64,000 nucleotides of DNA from Anaerolineales bacterium (GTDB lineage Bacteria; Chloroflexota; Anaerolineae; Anaerolineales; UBA6663). A program made the translations under genes and the position numbers. The notes beneath the pieces are model-generated. The model did not search any database. It was given only the letters and a program-made list of their open reading frames with translations, and was not told where the DNA came from. Position 1 is the first letter of the stretch. Each line of letters starts with the position of its first letter. The stretch spans positions 168,806-232,805 of the forward strand of contig JBGAGY010000011.1 of NCBI GenBank assembly GCA_044226485.1, in the 5' to 3' direction. Below are positions 21,364 to 30,655 of the stretch, one piece after another.

Positions 21364-22131
21364 TTACGAAAACGTCAGATCCGACACGAACCGGCAACGG
21401 TTTCCTGGAAACAGCGACGTCACAAAAGCCACGGGACGATCCGTGGCGTCATAGGCCAGGCTCTCGATCCACAGCCCGGGCGACCCGCCCTTGACTTCAA
21501 GGAGCGCCGCCTCCTGATCCTCGAGGATCACGGGCTCGAAGGCTTCTTGCGCGCGATACACCTGCACACCACAATCCATTAACAGATCGCGCAGGCCGCG
21601 CGTGTCGTCGTGGCCCTCGCGCAACACGGGTTCACACTGACGGGGGAAGTATGCGGTCTCGATCAACAGTGGCGCCGCGTCGACCACCAGTAGACGCTGG
21701 AGCCAGATCGAGGGCTCGCCGCCAGGCAGGCCCAGCTTCTGACGGATCTCACCGGGCGGCTCCGTCAACTTCTTGCCAATCACGACCACGTCCGGTTGAT
21801 GCCCGCTGTCGCGCACGACGTCCGAAAACTCGAGCAGTCGCAAGACGCTCTTGCGGATCTTGGGTGGCGCCACGAACGTGCCGCGGCCCTGGACCCGCTG
21901 CAGCACGCCTTCGCGCACCAGGAAGTCGATGCCCTGCCGCACCGTCGAGCGACTGACCTTGAGACTGTCCATCAGCTCGCGCTCCGACGGGATCTGCTGG
22001 CCGGGCGCCCACTCGCCGTCCTGAATGCGGCTGCGGATCGCGCTGCCGACGCTGTGATACAACGCCACAGGTTGCTGGTGCAGATCGGCGACGTCGGTCA
22101 ACGTGTAAAGAGAGTGTTTGCCGCGGGCCAT
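21364..22131 (-). CDS. GntR/HutC-family regulator (wHTH + UTRA)
   Basis: IPSERELMDSLKVSRSTVRQGIDFLVREGVL helix-turn-helix. UTRA-like C-terminus. Confidence 0.85.
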   Translation of the reverse strand: MARGKHSLYTLTDVADLHQQPVALYHSVGSAIRSRIQDGEWAPGQQIPSERELMDSLKVSRSTVRQGIDFLVREGVLQRVQGRGTFVAPPKIRKSVLRLLEFSDVVRDSGHQPDVVVIGKKLTEPPGEIRQKLGLPGGEPSIWLQRLLVVDAAPLLIETAYFPRQCEPVLREGHDDTRGLRDLLMDCGVQVYRAQEAFEPVILEDQEAALLEVKGGSPGLWIESLAYDATDRPVAFVTSLFPGNRCRFVSDLTFS

Positions 22132-22173
22132 GGCGTTACGACGAAGGCGTCCGATCTGCGAACTCATCCGAAC

Positions 22174-22185
22174 TGGTACGAACCA
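22174..22185. promoter_or_regulatory. candidate HutC/NagR-type operator TGGTACGAACCA
   Basis: TGGT-N4-ACCA palindrome just upstream of the GntR/HutC gene. Resembles the TGGTnTAGACCA dre/NagR boxes (9/12 by eye). Confidence 0.3.
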
Positions 22186-22328
22186 TTTCGCGTAATCTAC
22201 TCCTCTCCTGCCCGCGCTGTCAAGCTCTGGACGACCGAATCGTGACCGTTTATGATTCTTTTAAGGTTATTAATGGTTGACTGTCGCCCGCTTACGGTGT
22301 ATTTTGAGCGCGCCTGGGGAAAGCAGAT

Positions 22329-23108
22329 ATGAAGATCAAGACCGAGATCAGCACCCTCGATAGACTCGAGCGCATTCAGGACTTCGTCAACGCGCGGCAA
22401 CGCGTGGTGGTGGCCGACCTGGTCACCGCGTTCGCGATCAGCGAGACCACGGCGCGGCGGGACCTGGAAGTGCTGGCCGAGCGCGGTTCGATCCAACGCG
22501 TGCACGGCGGCGCGATCGCTCTGCGTAAGGCGCCACCGGAGCCGCCCGCCCTGTTGCGCGCCGGCGAACAGGCTGACGAGAAGCAACGCATCGGTCGCGC
22601 GGCCGCCGACCTGATCGACGACGGCGACACGGTGTTCCTCGGCGCCGGCACCACGGTCATGGAAGTCGCGCGCCACGTGCGCGACCGGCGCAACCTGACC
22701 GTGATCTCCAACTCGTTGCTGGTCTTTCAGGTTCTGGCGGATGCCCCAGATCTCAACCTGGTCGGCCTCGGCGGCCTGTTCCGCAAGGGCGAGCGCTCGT
22801 TCGTCGGCGACATCACCGAGCAGGCCCTCGAGCGCGTGCGGGCCGCCAAGGTCTTCCTCGGCGTGCGCGCGCTCGATGTGGACGAAGGCCTGACAGAGGA
22901 GTACCCGCCCGAAGCCGCGACCAACCGGCAGATCATGAAGAGCGGGCGACACGTAATCGTCGTGGCCGATCACACGAAGTTCGGACGCATGGCCGGTTCC
23001 GTCATCGCGCCGGTAACGGCCATGCACACCCTCGTGACCGATGTCGACGCTCCGTCCGCGGACGTCGACGCGTTGACGGCCAAAGGGATCCGCGTCCTGC
23101 GAGCGTGA
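22329..23108 (+). CDS. DeoR/GlpR-family transcriptional regulator
   Basis: HTH DLVTAFAISETTARRDLEVLAERG plus a DeoR C-terminal sensor domain. Confidence 0.9.
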   Translation: MKIKTEISTLDRLERIQDFVNARQRVVVADLVTAFAISETTARRDLEVLAERGSIQRVHGGAIALRKAPPEPPALLRAGEQADEKQRIGRAAADLIDDGDTVFLGAGTTVMEVARHVRDRRNLTVISNSLLVFQVLADAPDLNLVGLGGLFRKGERSFVGDITEQALERVRAAKVFLGVRALDVDEGLTEEYPPEAATNRQIMKSGRHVIVVADHTKFGRMAGSVIAPVTAMHTLVTDVDAPSADVDALTAKGIRVLRA

Positions 23109-23109
23109 G

Positions 23110-24150
23110 GTGGCGATGTTGCTCAAAGACTATCGACCGCGCGCCGCGTTGGTGACGCGCCGCACGCAGCTTGACGCGCCGCGTTTCCCCGTGATCGACG
23201 CGCACAACCATCTCGCCGAACCCTTCGGCGGCGGCTGGGACAAACGCCCGGTGCGCGAACTCCTCGATGTCCTTGACCAGGCCGACGTGCGCGCCTACGT
23301 GGATCTGGATGGCGGCTGGGGCGAGTCAGTGCTCGAACAGCATCTCGACTACTTCAAGGCGGCCGCGCCCGAACGCTTCCGCATCTTCGGCGGCGTCAAC
23401 TGGGGCGAATGGCCCGCTCACGGCGATCGTTTCGGCGAGTGGGCGGCCGGCCGGCTGCGTCTCCAGGCGCGGCGCGGCGCCGAGGGCCTCAAGATCTGGA
23501 AGCCGTTCGGCCTGCACGTTCGCGACCATCACGGGGACCTCGTGGCCGTCGACGATGAGCGGCTCGATCCGCTCTGGCAGACCGCCGGCGAGCTGCGTCT
23601 CCCGGTGATGATCCACGTCGGAGACCCGGTCGCCTTTTTCGGCCCACTCGACGGAACCAACGAACGCTACGAGCAACTGGTCGAGCATCCGGATTGGCAC
23701 TTTCCAAGTCCGCCCTTCCCGCCCCTGCAAACCATCCTCGACGGGTTGGCGAACCTGGTGGCGCGCCATCCGGCGACGACCTTCATCGGCGCGCATGTCG
23801 GCTGCTATGCCGAGAACCTGGCCTGGGTCGGCGCGCTCCTCGAGCGCTGTCCGAACTTCTACGTCGACATCGGCGCCCGGATCGCCGAGCTCGGCCGACA
23901 ACCGTACACGGCCCGCCGGTTCTTCCTGCGCTTTGCCGATCGGATTCTGTTCGGGACGGATGCGGGCGCCGAGCTCGACGTGTATCGCATCCATTACCGG
24001 TTCCTCGAAACCGACGACGAGTATTTCAGCTATGACCCGGGCGAGGTGCCCGGCGACGGACGTTGGAACATCCACGGGATGTATCTCCCCGACGACGTCC
24101 TCGAGAAGATCTACGCGCTCAACGCGCGCCGCATCCTCTTCACCTCATGA
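23110..24150 (+). CDS. amidohydrolase-2 family metal-dependent hydrolase
   Basis: VIDAHNHL N-terminal metal motif and TIM-barrel hydrolase layout. Confidence 0.8.
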   Translation: MAMLLKDYRPRAALVTRRTQLDAPRFPVIDAHNHLAEPFGGGWDKRPVRELLDVLDQADVRAYVDLDGGWGESVLEQHLDYFKAAAPERFRIFGGVNWGEWPAHGDRFGEWAAGRLRLQARRGAEGLKIWKPFGLHVRDHHGDLVAVDDERLDPLWQTAGELRLPVMIHVGDPVAFFGPLDGTNERYEQLVEHPDWHFPSPPFPPLQTILDGLANLVARHPATTFIGAHVGCYAENLAWVGALLERCPNFYVDIGARIAELGRQPYTARRFFLRFADRILFGTDAGAELDVYRIHYRFLETDDEYFSYDPGEVPGDGRWNIHGMYLPDDVLEKIYALNARRILFTS

Positions 24151-24266
24151 CCGAACGCCGCCCTCAGTGAGCGATGAGGGGCGGCGGCGGACCGCCTGAC
24201 CGACACACTCGTCCGAGGTGCGCGAGCGCGCATCGCGCCGCCCCGGACGCCAGGAGCACGTCTACC

Positions 24267-25601
24267 ATGACCAAGATCGCGCTGATCGGCGCGGGCAGCC
24301 TCGTCTTCGCCCGCAGCCTGTGCAACGATATCCTCTCCACCCCGGCGCTGCGCGACTCGACGCTGGCGCTGGTCGACATCGACCCGCAACGCCTCGAGCA
24401 GGCCCGCGTCATGGTCGAGGAGCTCGCACGCTTTCAGGGGGTGTCGCCGCGCGTCGAGGCCTCGCTCGATCGCCGGGCGATGCTGCGCAACGCTGACTAT
24501 GTCTTCACCACGTTTCAACAGGGCGGCTTGCGCGCGTTCGAGCTCGACATCGACATCCCGCGGCGCTATGGCGTCGAGCAATGTATCGGCGACACGTTGG
24601 GGCCGGGCGGCGTCTTCCGGGCGCTCCGGACCATCCCGGTGCTCCTCGACATCTGCCGTGAGCTCGACGACGTGGCGCCACTCGCGCTCCTGCTCAACTA
24701 CGTCAACCCGATGGCCATGAACTGCTGGGCCATCGATCGCGGCAGCGGTCGCCCGCACGTCGGCCTGTGCCACAGCGTCCAGGGCACCAGTGAACTGCTC
24801 GCGCAATGGCTCGACGTGCCGTACGAAGACGTGACTTATCGTTGCGCCGGGATCAACCACCAGGCGTTCTTCCTCGACTACCGACGAGGCGAAGTGGATC
24901 TGTATCCAGAGCTGCGCGCGCGCGTGCGCCAGCCCGCGATCCGGGCCCAGGATCCGATTCGCATCGCGCTGCTCGAGCACTTCGGCTATTTCGTGACCGA
25001 GAGCAGCGGCCATGCCAGCGAGTATTACCCCTACTTCCGCAAGACCGCCCAAATGGTGGCCGATGAGGTCGTGCCCGCCTTCGATCCGGCGGCCAGCGTC
25101 TGGTTCGATCAGGGACGCACCGGCGGGTATCTGCGCGAGTGCCTGCGTCGGCAGAAGGTCGCGGGCGCGGACCCGGCCGGGCTCGACGAGGACGACGGCT
25201 TCGTCATGGGCCAACGCGGCCCTGAGTATGGGTCCTACATCATCGAAGCCATTGAGACGCGCTCGCCTATTCGGATCAACGGCAACGTCCCGAATCGCGG
25301 CGCGATCAGCAACCTACCCGCCGGGTGCTGTGTGGAGGTGCCCTGCCTGGTGGACGGCAACGGCGTCCAGCCGACGACCGTCGGCGCCCTGCCCCCGCAG
25401 CTCGCGGCGCTGATGCGCGCGTCGATCGGCGTGCAGGAATTGGCCGTGGAAGCGGCGCTGACCGGCGATCGCGACGCCCTCCACCACGCGGTTCTGCTCG
25501 ACCCGCTGACGGCCGCCGCCTGCACGCTCCCGCAAATCCACGATCTGGTTGATGAGTTGCTCGGGGCCGAGCTCGAGTGGCTGCCCCAATTCGCGGCCTG
25601 A
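24267..25601 (+). CDS. glycoside hydrolase family 4 (NAD/Mn-dependent glycosidase)
   Basis: KIALIGAGSLVFA Rossmann motif, LLLNYVNPMAMN and GLCHSVQG signatures. Start at MTKIALIG. Confidence 0.85.
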   Translation: MTKIALIGAGSLVFARSLCNDILSTPALRDSTLALVDIDPQRLEQARVMVEELARFQGVSPRVEASLDRRAMLRNADYVFTTFQQGGLRAFELDIDIPRRYGVEQCIGDTLGPGGVFRALRTIPVLLDICRELDDVAPLALLLNYVNPMAMNCWAIDRGSGRPHVGLCHSVQGTSELLAQWLDVPYEDVTYRCAGINHQAFFLDYRRGEVDLYPELRARVRQPAIRAQDPIRIALLEHFGYFVTESSGHASEYYPYFRKTAQMVADEVVPAFDPAASVWFDQGRTGGYLRECLRRQKVAGADPAGLDEDDGFVMGQRGPEYGSYIIEAIETRSPIRINGNVPNRGAISNLPAGCCVEVPCLVDGNGVQPTTVGALPPQLAALMRASIGVQELAVEAALTGDRDALHHAVLLDPLTAAACTLPQIHDLVDELLGAELEWLPQFAA

Positions 25602-25618
25602 TGCAGGAGACGTCATCG

Positions 25619-26515
25619 ATGTCCGACTTTTCCCGCTTTGACCTCCTGCGTTGGTGTCGAGTGCCGGTGGACCAACTCGAAGCCCACCCGGATCGACGCA
25701 TCCCGCTGCGGCTCTGTCCGGACTCGGCCACGTTGGGCCGGTGGATGGCTGAGACCTTCGTGGGTGAGATACGCGAGCACAACCAGCGGGGCGAGCCGAC
25801 CGTCGCCATCGTGCCGTGCGGACCGAGCTGCTGGTACGAACCCTTTGCGGAGCTCGTCAATCGCGAGCGGGTCAGCCTGCGGAACCTCGTGGTCTTTCAC
25901 ATGGATGAGTGCCTGGACTGGCAGGGTCGGCTCCTCGCGGCCGGCCATCCGTTCAACTTCCGCGCGACCATGGAGGCCCGGTTCTACGCGCCGGTCGACC
26001 CGGGTCTGGCGGTGCCGGTGGATCACCGCCACTTTCTGACGGCCGACAACGTGGCCGACATCCGCGCCGCCATCGCGGCCACGCGCGTGGATCTATGCCT
26101 GGGAGGTTGGGGCCAGGACGGCCACCTCGCCTACAACCAGGCCCGGCGCAATCCATACAGCCCCATCAGTGTCGAGGACCTGCGGAACTCGACGATCCGG
26201 GTGCAGGACAACAACGCTGACACCATCCTGGCCCTGGCGCACCGCAATGTCGGAGCCGCCTACCAGTTGGTGCCGCCGATGTCGGTGACCCTGGGCGTGC
26301 GCGAAGTTTTGTCGGCCCGGAAGGTGCGCGTCTTCAGCGACACGGGTGCGTGGAAACAAACTGCTCTGCGTGTGGCGCTCTTCGGGCCACTCAACGTCGA
26401 ATATCCCATGACCTTGTTGCAGGAACACCCGGACGCTTTGGTCACGGCCACGCTCGAGACAGCCCGGCATCCTTGTAGTGAGCACCCGGAGTGGGACTTC
26501 GGTTCCGCCGACTGA
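25619..26515 (+). CDS. glucosamine-6-phosphate deaminase/isomerase-like (NagB superfamily) protein
   Basis: VVFHMDEC and CLGGWGQDGHLAYN motifs. Start at MSDFSRF. Confidence 0.75.
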   Translation: MSDFSRFDLLRWCRVPVDQLEAHPDRRIPLRLCPDSATLGRWMAETFVGEIREHNQRGEPTVAIVPCGPSCWYEPFAELVNRERVSLRNLVVFHMDECLDWQGRLLAAGHPFNFRATMEARFYAPVDPGLAVPVDHRHFLTADNVADIRAAIAATRVDLCLGGWGQDGHLAYNQARRNPYSPISVEDLRNSTIRVQDNNADTILALAHRNVGAAYQLVPPMSVTLGVREVLSARKVRVFSDTGAWKQTALRVALFGPLNVEYPMTLLQEHPDALVTATLETARHPCSEHPEWDFGSAD

Positions 26516-26854
26516 AGCCGGGAAAGAGATGAGCGATGGCCCGAGCCTCGTGCCGATCAAGACGGGGCTTGAGGACTCACCCTATCGTCGTGCGAGTTGT
26601 CCGCCGCCCGCTCAACCACCCGGCGGGCCACATGAAGACGGTAGAACGACGGTTGACCCGCGGTTCGGGTGGCATTCTCCGCGTTTCCCGTCCGGACATC
26701 TGGCGCCGTCATGGAGCGCGGCTATGTGCCGTTTATGCACCTTGCGCATCGGTGAATTGGAACTGGCTCATCAGCAGCACCAGCGTGACTGAGGTAGCAC
26801 AAGCAGGAATGAAGCCAATGGGGAACACCTCACGTGGCCCTGCCATTTGTTCTC

Positions 26855-27166
26855 TCAAAGTCGCAGCCAACAACCCCAGCCGATGGCATTCGCCGCGACC
26901 CACCAACCTGCTCGCAACATGCGTCGGCGCAGCAATAGCCATTGCGCAATGCCAATGGCGATCCCAAGCGTCAAGTACGCCAACCGCGTCGCAATCCCTG
27001 GATCCGTCCAGTTCGTCCATTCCAGAAGGAAGACCAGACACGCTCCCACAACCAAGCCTGCGGAGGTCGTCACGACCCACCAGGCCATGTGAGCAAAGTA
27101 ACGGCGCAATATCGCGTATTGCATGGCTCCGGTTACGAGGCCCGTGATCGGAACAAGGGTATACAT
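26855..27166 (-). CDS. small integral membrane protein (cassette; possible 3' frameshift)
   Basis: About 103 aa from MYTLVPITG with 3 predicted TM segments. A further TM-like stretch (FPIGFIPACATSVTLVLLM) continues in another frame after the stop. The ORF-track N-terminus (MQLTW...) is attC sequence. Confidence 0.45.
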   Translation of the reverse strand: MYTLVPITGLVTGAMQYAILRRYFAHMAWWVVTTSAGLVVGACLVFLLEWTNWTDPGIATRLAYLTLGIAIGIAQWLLLRRRMLRAGWWVAANAIGWGCWLRL

Positions 27167-27287
27167 GTCCCACCTCAGCTGTGCGACGGATGAGCTGTGG
27201 CCGCACTGCCCGCGAGCATGCCGGTGAACCGAAGCCGCTCGGATTGGGGCCCCGAGCATCCACGTCAGCTGCATACGTTTGTTAGGC
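27162..27287 (-). repeat. attC site (left-coordinate arm eroded)
   Basis: ...tcagctgtgcgacggatgagc...gccggtgaaccgaagccgc...ttggggccccgagcatccacgtcagctgcatacgtttgttaggc. Confidence 0.7.
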
Positions 27288-27315
27288 TGCCAGATCAGAT
27301 TCGCCGGAACCCGAC

Positions 27316-28284
27316 CTATGGCTGAGGGATGTGCATCTCAACAAGCCACTGCTCAATGCGCCCCTCCATCCAGGTCGCCAGTCGAGGCACCCTTATCGCC
27401 TCGGCTCCCGGAGCGTTCCAGATGATCTGATGAATCTCATGCTCGATCTGATAGATGGTCAGGCGTCGGGCCAGTTCAGGAACCTGGGTACAGCGCGGTT
27501 TGGCCTGAAGAAACGCGCTCAGAAATGCGCCGAAATCGAGCTCGTCTTGGGGCGAGTACAGGCACCAGTGGAACAAATGGCACAACTCGAAGTCAGCCTC
27601 GCCGAACTGCGCGCATTCCCAATCAATCACTCCCGAAAATCGACCCTGATCCAGCAGAATGTTCTTGGGATGGAGGTCGTTGTGCAGGAGCTTGGGCCCT
27701 CCCTGGTAGTCTAGTGCTGGCGAGAGAGCCCGCAAGTACAGAAAAGCCCGGTGCAAGGTCTCCACACTGGCCTCCTTCAACGCAAGTCCTTGTGACTCGC
27801 GTTCAAGGAAGTCCCAATAGCGTTGATGACCTGCCCGCCACGTGCCCGGCCAGCGCCCTACAGTCGGAATGTAGAGCCCAATGTCGTAATGGTCATCTCG
27901 AACACCCTGCACTTGATCCACGAACGCTGCCAGCGACTGGCCGAGCCGCGTTTGTTGAGCCGGCGTGGTGCCAGGTAAGGCCGTCAGGAAGTCATCACCG
28001 GGCAAGAAAGTCAGCACGACATAGTGCAACACGCCGTCGTCCCGGTCGAGCGCTCCTCGATAGAGGATCCTGGGAACGCCGGCAAGCGCAGCCACTTGCT
28101 CATACTTCGTCACCAAAGACGTCATCGGATCAACGGCTATCCGCATCAGCAATTCTCGATTGATGACAAAGACCGATTTTCCGAAGCTTCCAGCCACCGG
28201 CACAACGTCACGCAGGCTGATGTGGTGTCGAATAGCGATTTGCTCAACGACGCTTGGAACGATGGCTGAATTCACGCTTGACAT
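27316..28284 (-). CDS. aminoglycoside/choline-kinase-type phosphotransferase (APH family) (cassette)
   Basis: LLHNDLHPKNILL catalytic loop and GVIDWECAQFGEADFEL. Start at MSSVNSA; upstream ORF extension runs into the adjacent attC. Confidence 0.85.
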   Translation of the reverse strand: MSSVNSAIVPSVVEQIAIRHHISLRDVVPVAGSFGKSVFVINRELLMRIAVDPMTSLVTKYEQVAALAGVPRILYRGALDRDDGVLHYVVLTFLPGDDFLTALPGTTPAQQTRLGQSLAAFVDQVQGVRDDHYDIGLYIPTVGRWPGTWRAGHQRYWDFLERESQGLALKEASVETLHRAFLYLRALSPALDYQGGPKLLHNDLHPKNILLDQGRFSGVIDWECAQFGEADFELCHLFHWCLYSPQDELDFGAFLSAFLQAKPRCTQVPELARRLTIYQIEHEIHQIIWNAPGAEAIRVPRLATWMEGRIEQWLVEMHIPQP

Positions 28285-28331
28285 TCTGGTAACCGTTCGG
28301 CTCTGACGTCCAACATACCTTCTGTGAGGCT

Positions 28332-28428
28332 GCCCAACGGCCTGCATCGGGTGCGTAGCGCGGCGAGCCAGCCCGTTGGTCTGGGGCCCCGATTTGCCAC
28401 TCGTCGGCTGCATGCATTCTTGTTTGTG
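28332..28428 (-). repeat. attC-like repeat, short form, degenerate
   Basis: gcccaacggcctgcatcgggtgcgtagc...gagccagccc...ctggggccccgatttgccactcgtcggctgcatgcattcttgtttgtg. Lacks the ~35-nt inner module. Confidence 0.55.
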
Positions 28429-28491
28429 GCTTCATGCCGTGGCATGGCAGGGCGAACCGAAAGCGACGTGTGAAATAACCCGTTTCTGTGA

Positions 28492-28942
28492 TCACTCACT
28501 CAAGCCACGATCCATCTCACTTTTCGCCTCAAGATACTCATCGCTGCCAAAGACTTCGCAGATGCGGGGCATCACACGTTTGAGTACATCGGCTAGCCGT
28601 TGGAGTTGGTTCTCGCTCGACGCCATCGAAGCACCGTCAAGCCAGATTGCTTCCAGTCGAACCGCCCATGGCCTCCACTGATGTCGTTCGCCACATCCGC
28701 GAGATCGTGCCACGGCCCCGACTCAGCCCCGCGCGGTGGCCATTCCCGCGGCCCAAACGACACAAACACCTGGCCGCGGTCTTCAGCAAACTTGATCCTC
28801 CCGCATTGCGCCGACGCCAGGACGAGTTGCCAGTTCCGAACGAGTTGTACATGACTGCTCGCAACATGGTGAACCCATATTCGTCAAACAAGAAGCGCAT
28901 ATCCTGTTTGATGAGATCAAGGTCCGTAACGCCGCTGTGCAT
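28492..28942 (-). pseudogene. cassette gene of unknown function disrupted by two frameshifts
   Basis: Plausible protein is spread over three frames: MHSGVTDLDLIKQDMRFLFDEYGFTMLRAVMYNSFG / LVLASAQCGRIKFAEDRGQVFVSFGPREWPP...WHDLADVANDI / WLDGASMASSENQLQRLADVLKRVMPRICEVFGSDEYLEAK. Confidence 0.5.
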
Positions 28943-28966
28943 TCTATTCGCTATGCTTTCCGATCC

Positions 28967-29088
28967 GCCTAACGGCCGGCATCAGCTGCAGGGCGGATGA
29001 GCCAGCCCGCATCGGCGAAGGTGCGCCGGTAGGCCGAGATCGGCAGAGCTTGTGGCCCCGCCCCGAGTAGCCACGGCAGCCACATGTG
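28967..29088 (-). repeat. attC site (moderately diverged)
   Basis: gcctaacggccggcatcagctgcagggcggatgagccagccc...cttgtggccccgccccgagtagccacggcagccacatgtgctcgtcgggc. Confidence 0.7.
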
Positions 29089-29147
29089 CTCGTCGGGCGC
29101 GTTGCTGCTATCAGCGCTGATCCAGAGCACACGCCTGACGTTGATTC

Positions 29148-30122
29148 TTAATCGCGCATTTCACCAACAAACACCCTATATCGGTTGCCTCCACATACTT
29201 TTGCCTGATACATAGCTATGTCGGCATCGCGCAGTATTTCGTCCAGTCGTTGGTATGTAGCAATATTCATAACGACACCAATACTGGCACCGCTGACAAC
29301 CGCACTCCCATGCAATTCGTAGGGAAGTGCCAGACCCGCCTGGATTCGCTCAATGACCGTCCTCACGTCATCCGTGGTTGAGGCCCCCTCGAGCAGTATC
29401 GCAAATTCATCACCCCCCAAGCGGCCGACCGTGTCGATTTCTCGAACCAGTGCCTTCAGGCGCCCAGTGACTTGCCTGAGGATGTCATCGCCAGCTTCAT
29501 GCCCCAGGCTGTCGTTGATGCTCTTGAAGTTGTCTAGGTCAAGATACAACACCGCCGAGGCGCTGTGCGGATTCCGCTTGCACCAAGCATGAGCATGTTC
29601 CAAGCGATTGAAGAACAGTCTCCGATTTGGCAGATCTGTAAGTGGGTCGTGAAGAGCCTCATGAGCCAGTTTCTCTTCTGCGCGCGTTCGCCTCGCGACT
29701 TCGTCCCGCAACAACTGGCGTTCAGTCTCCAATTCAAGCGCCTGCCGTTTGATCCGGTCGTTCAGCCCTCGCAGATCCACGACCCAACCGACAAGGACAC
29801 TTGCCAATGTGAAAGTGCCGATTCCGAGAACGTGGGTTATCAGCTCGTTGTTTGCGCTTCCCGAAATGCCGAATAGGAGGATATTGGTCGGCAGCCCTAT
29901 CACCAGGTAGAATACGCCCCCTCGCACCCCCATGAGCCACCCGCACACCGCCGCAGGAATCGCATTGAACGCCGCGGCAAAAAGGCCCAACTGCGGATAA
30001 GCTATGAAGTAGATCAGCGCATATAAAAGCATGCTGCCTGTCGCAACCAAATATCGGCCGTTCATTTCCTTCCAGACCTCTTGGGCAGGCATTGTCAAGG
30101 CCCCAATAGTGTGCCATATCAC
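29148..30122 (-). CDS. membrane-anchored GGDEF diguanylate cyclase (cassette)
   Basis: N-terminal multi-TM region and C-terminal GGDEF domain (RLGGDEFAILL). Start is GTG at 30122 or ATG at 30092. Confidence 0.85.
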   Translation of the reverse strand: MIWHTIGALTMPAQEVWKEMNGRYLVATGSMLLYALIYFIAYPQLGLFAAAFNAIPAAVCGWLMGVRGGVFYLVIGLPTNILLFGISGSANNELITHVLGIGTFTLASVLVGWVVDLRGLNDRIKRQALELETERQLLRDEVARRTRAEEKLAHEALHDPLTDLPNRRLFFNRLEHAHAWCKRNPHSASAVLYLDLDNFKSINDSLGHEAGDDILRQVTGRLKALVREIDTVGRLGGDEFAILLEGASTTDDVRTVIERIQAGLALPYELHGSAVVSGASIGVVMNIATYQRLDEILRDADIAMYQAKVCGGNRYRVFVGEMRD

Positions 30123-30143
30123 GTCGGCGCTCGCAACCGGAGC

Positions 30144-30272
30144 GCCTAACGGCTCGCATCAGTTGTGTGGCGGGTGAGCCGAGGCCGATCTGCCCGACGG
30201 CACGCTGGTAAACCGGAGCCGCCATGAGTTGGGGCCCGATTGGCCACATCAGCCGCAGGCTTTCGGTTGACG
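30144..30272 (-). repeat. attC site
   Basis: gcctaacggctcgcatcagttgtgtggcgggtgagccgaggccg...gttggggcccgattggccacatcagccgcaggctttcggttgacg. Confidence 0.75.
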
Positions 30273-30579
30273 GTTGTTGCCTGGAGCGTCTGAGGTCGCT
30301 CGCCACCCGGTTCTTGAATTGAATACCGAGATCAGCATGAGGGTGATCCCGCTGAGAAACCCTAACATCACCAATCGCCACGGGCTACTGTCACTCACCA
30401 TCGATCCGATCTGATCACCCAGACTTTGCCCCGGATAGGTCTCTCGTGAAGGCGCTGATGAAGGCCCCAATCGGCTCCAGCGGCCACTCACCCAGATGTC
30501 ACCCTGTCACACATCGTTCAACGACAGAGCCTGTTGCTCCTATCACTCCCGTAACCATCAGGTGCCCGAGCTAACAGGA

Positions 30580-30612
30580 CAGCGACCTTCGGGGCTTGCC
30601 CGAAGGTCGCTG
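30580..30612 (-). terminator. 14-bp perfect stem-loop downstream of the isochorismatase-like gene
   Basis: cagcgaccttcggg-gcttg-cccgaaggtcgctg, 44 nt past the stop codon at 30656 (minus strand). Confidence 0.5.
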
Positions 30613-30655
30613 TACGGCGTTCGATGATGCAACCAGGCTACACGAACACCGAGCG

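Larger units (their letters stand above)
27162..30272 (-). mobile_element. integron-type cassette cluster (4 attC)
   Basis: attC copies alternate with minus-strand APH-like, frameshifted and GGDEF genes. Confidence 0.75.

Noticed and set aside
26590-26665. Weak resemblance to the right arm of the attC consensus (cgctcaaccacccggcgggccacatgaagacggtagaacgacggttgaccc).
   Set aside because: Too degenerate, the GGGGCCCC centre is missing, and the alignment needs several gaps. It cannot be distinguished from chance by eye.
30571-30625. gctaac followed by a 14-bp perfect hairpin looked like a short attC.
   Set aside because: No complementary GTTAGC box follows the stem and there is no similarity to the window's attC consensus. 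I interpret it as a terminator-like hairpin of the isochorismatase-like gene.
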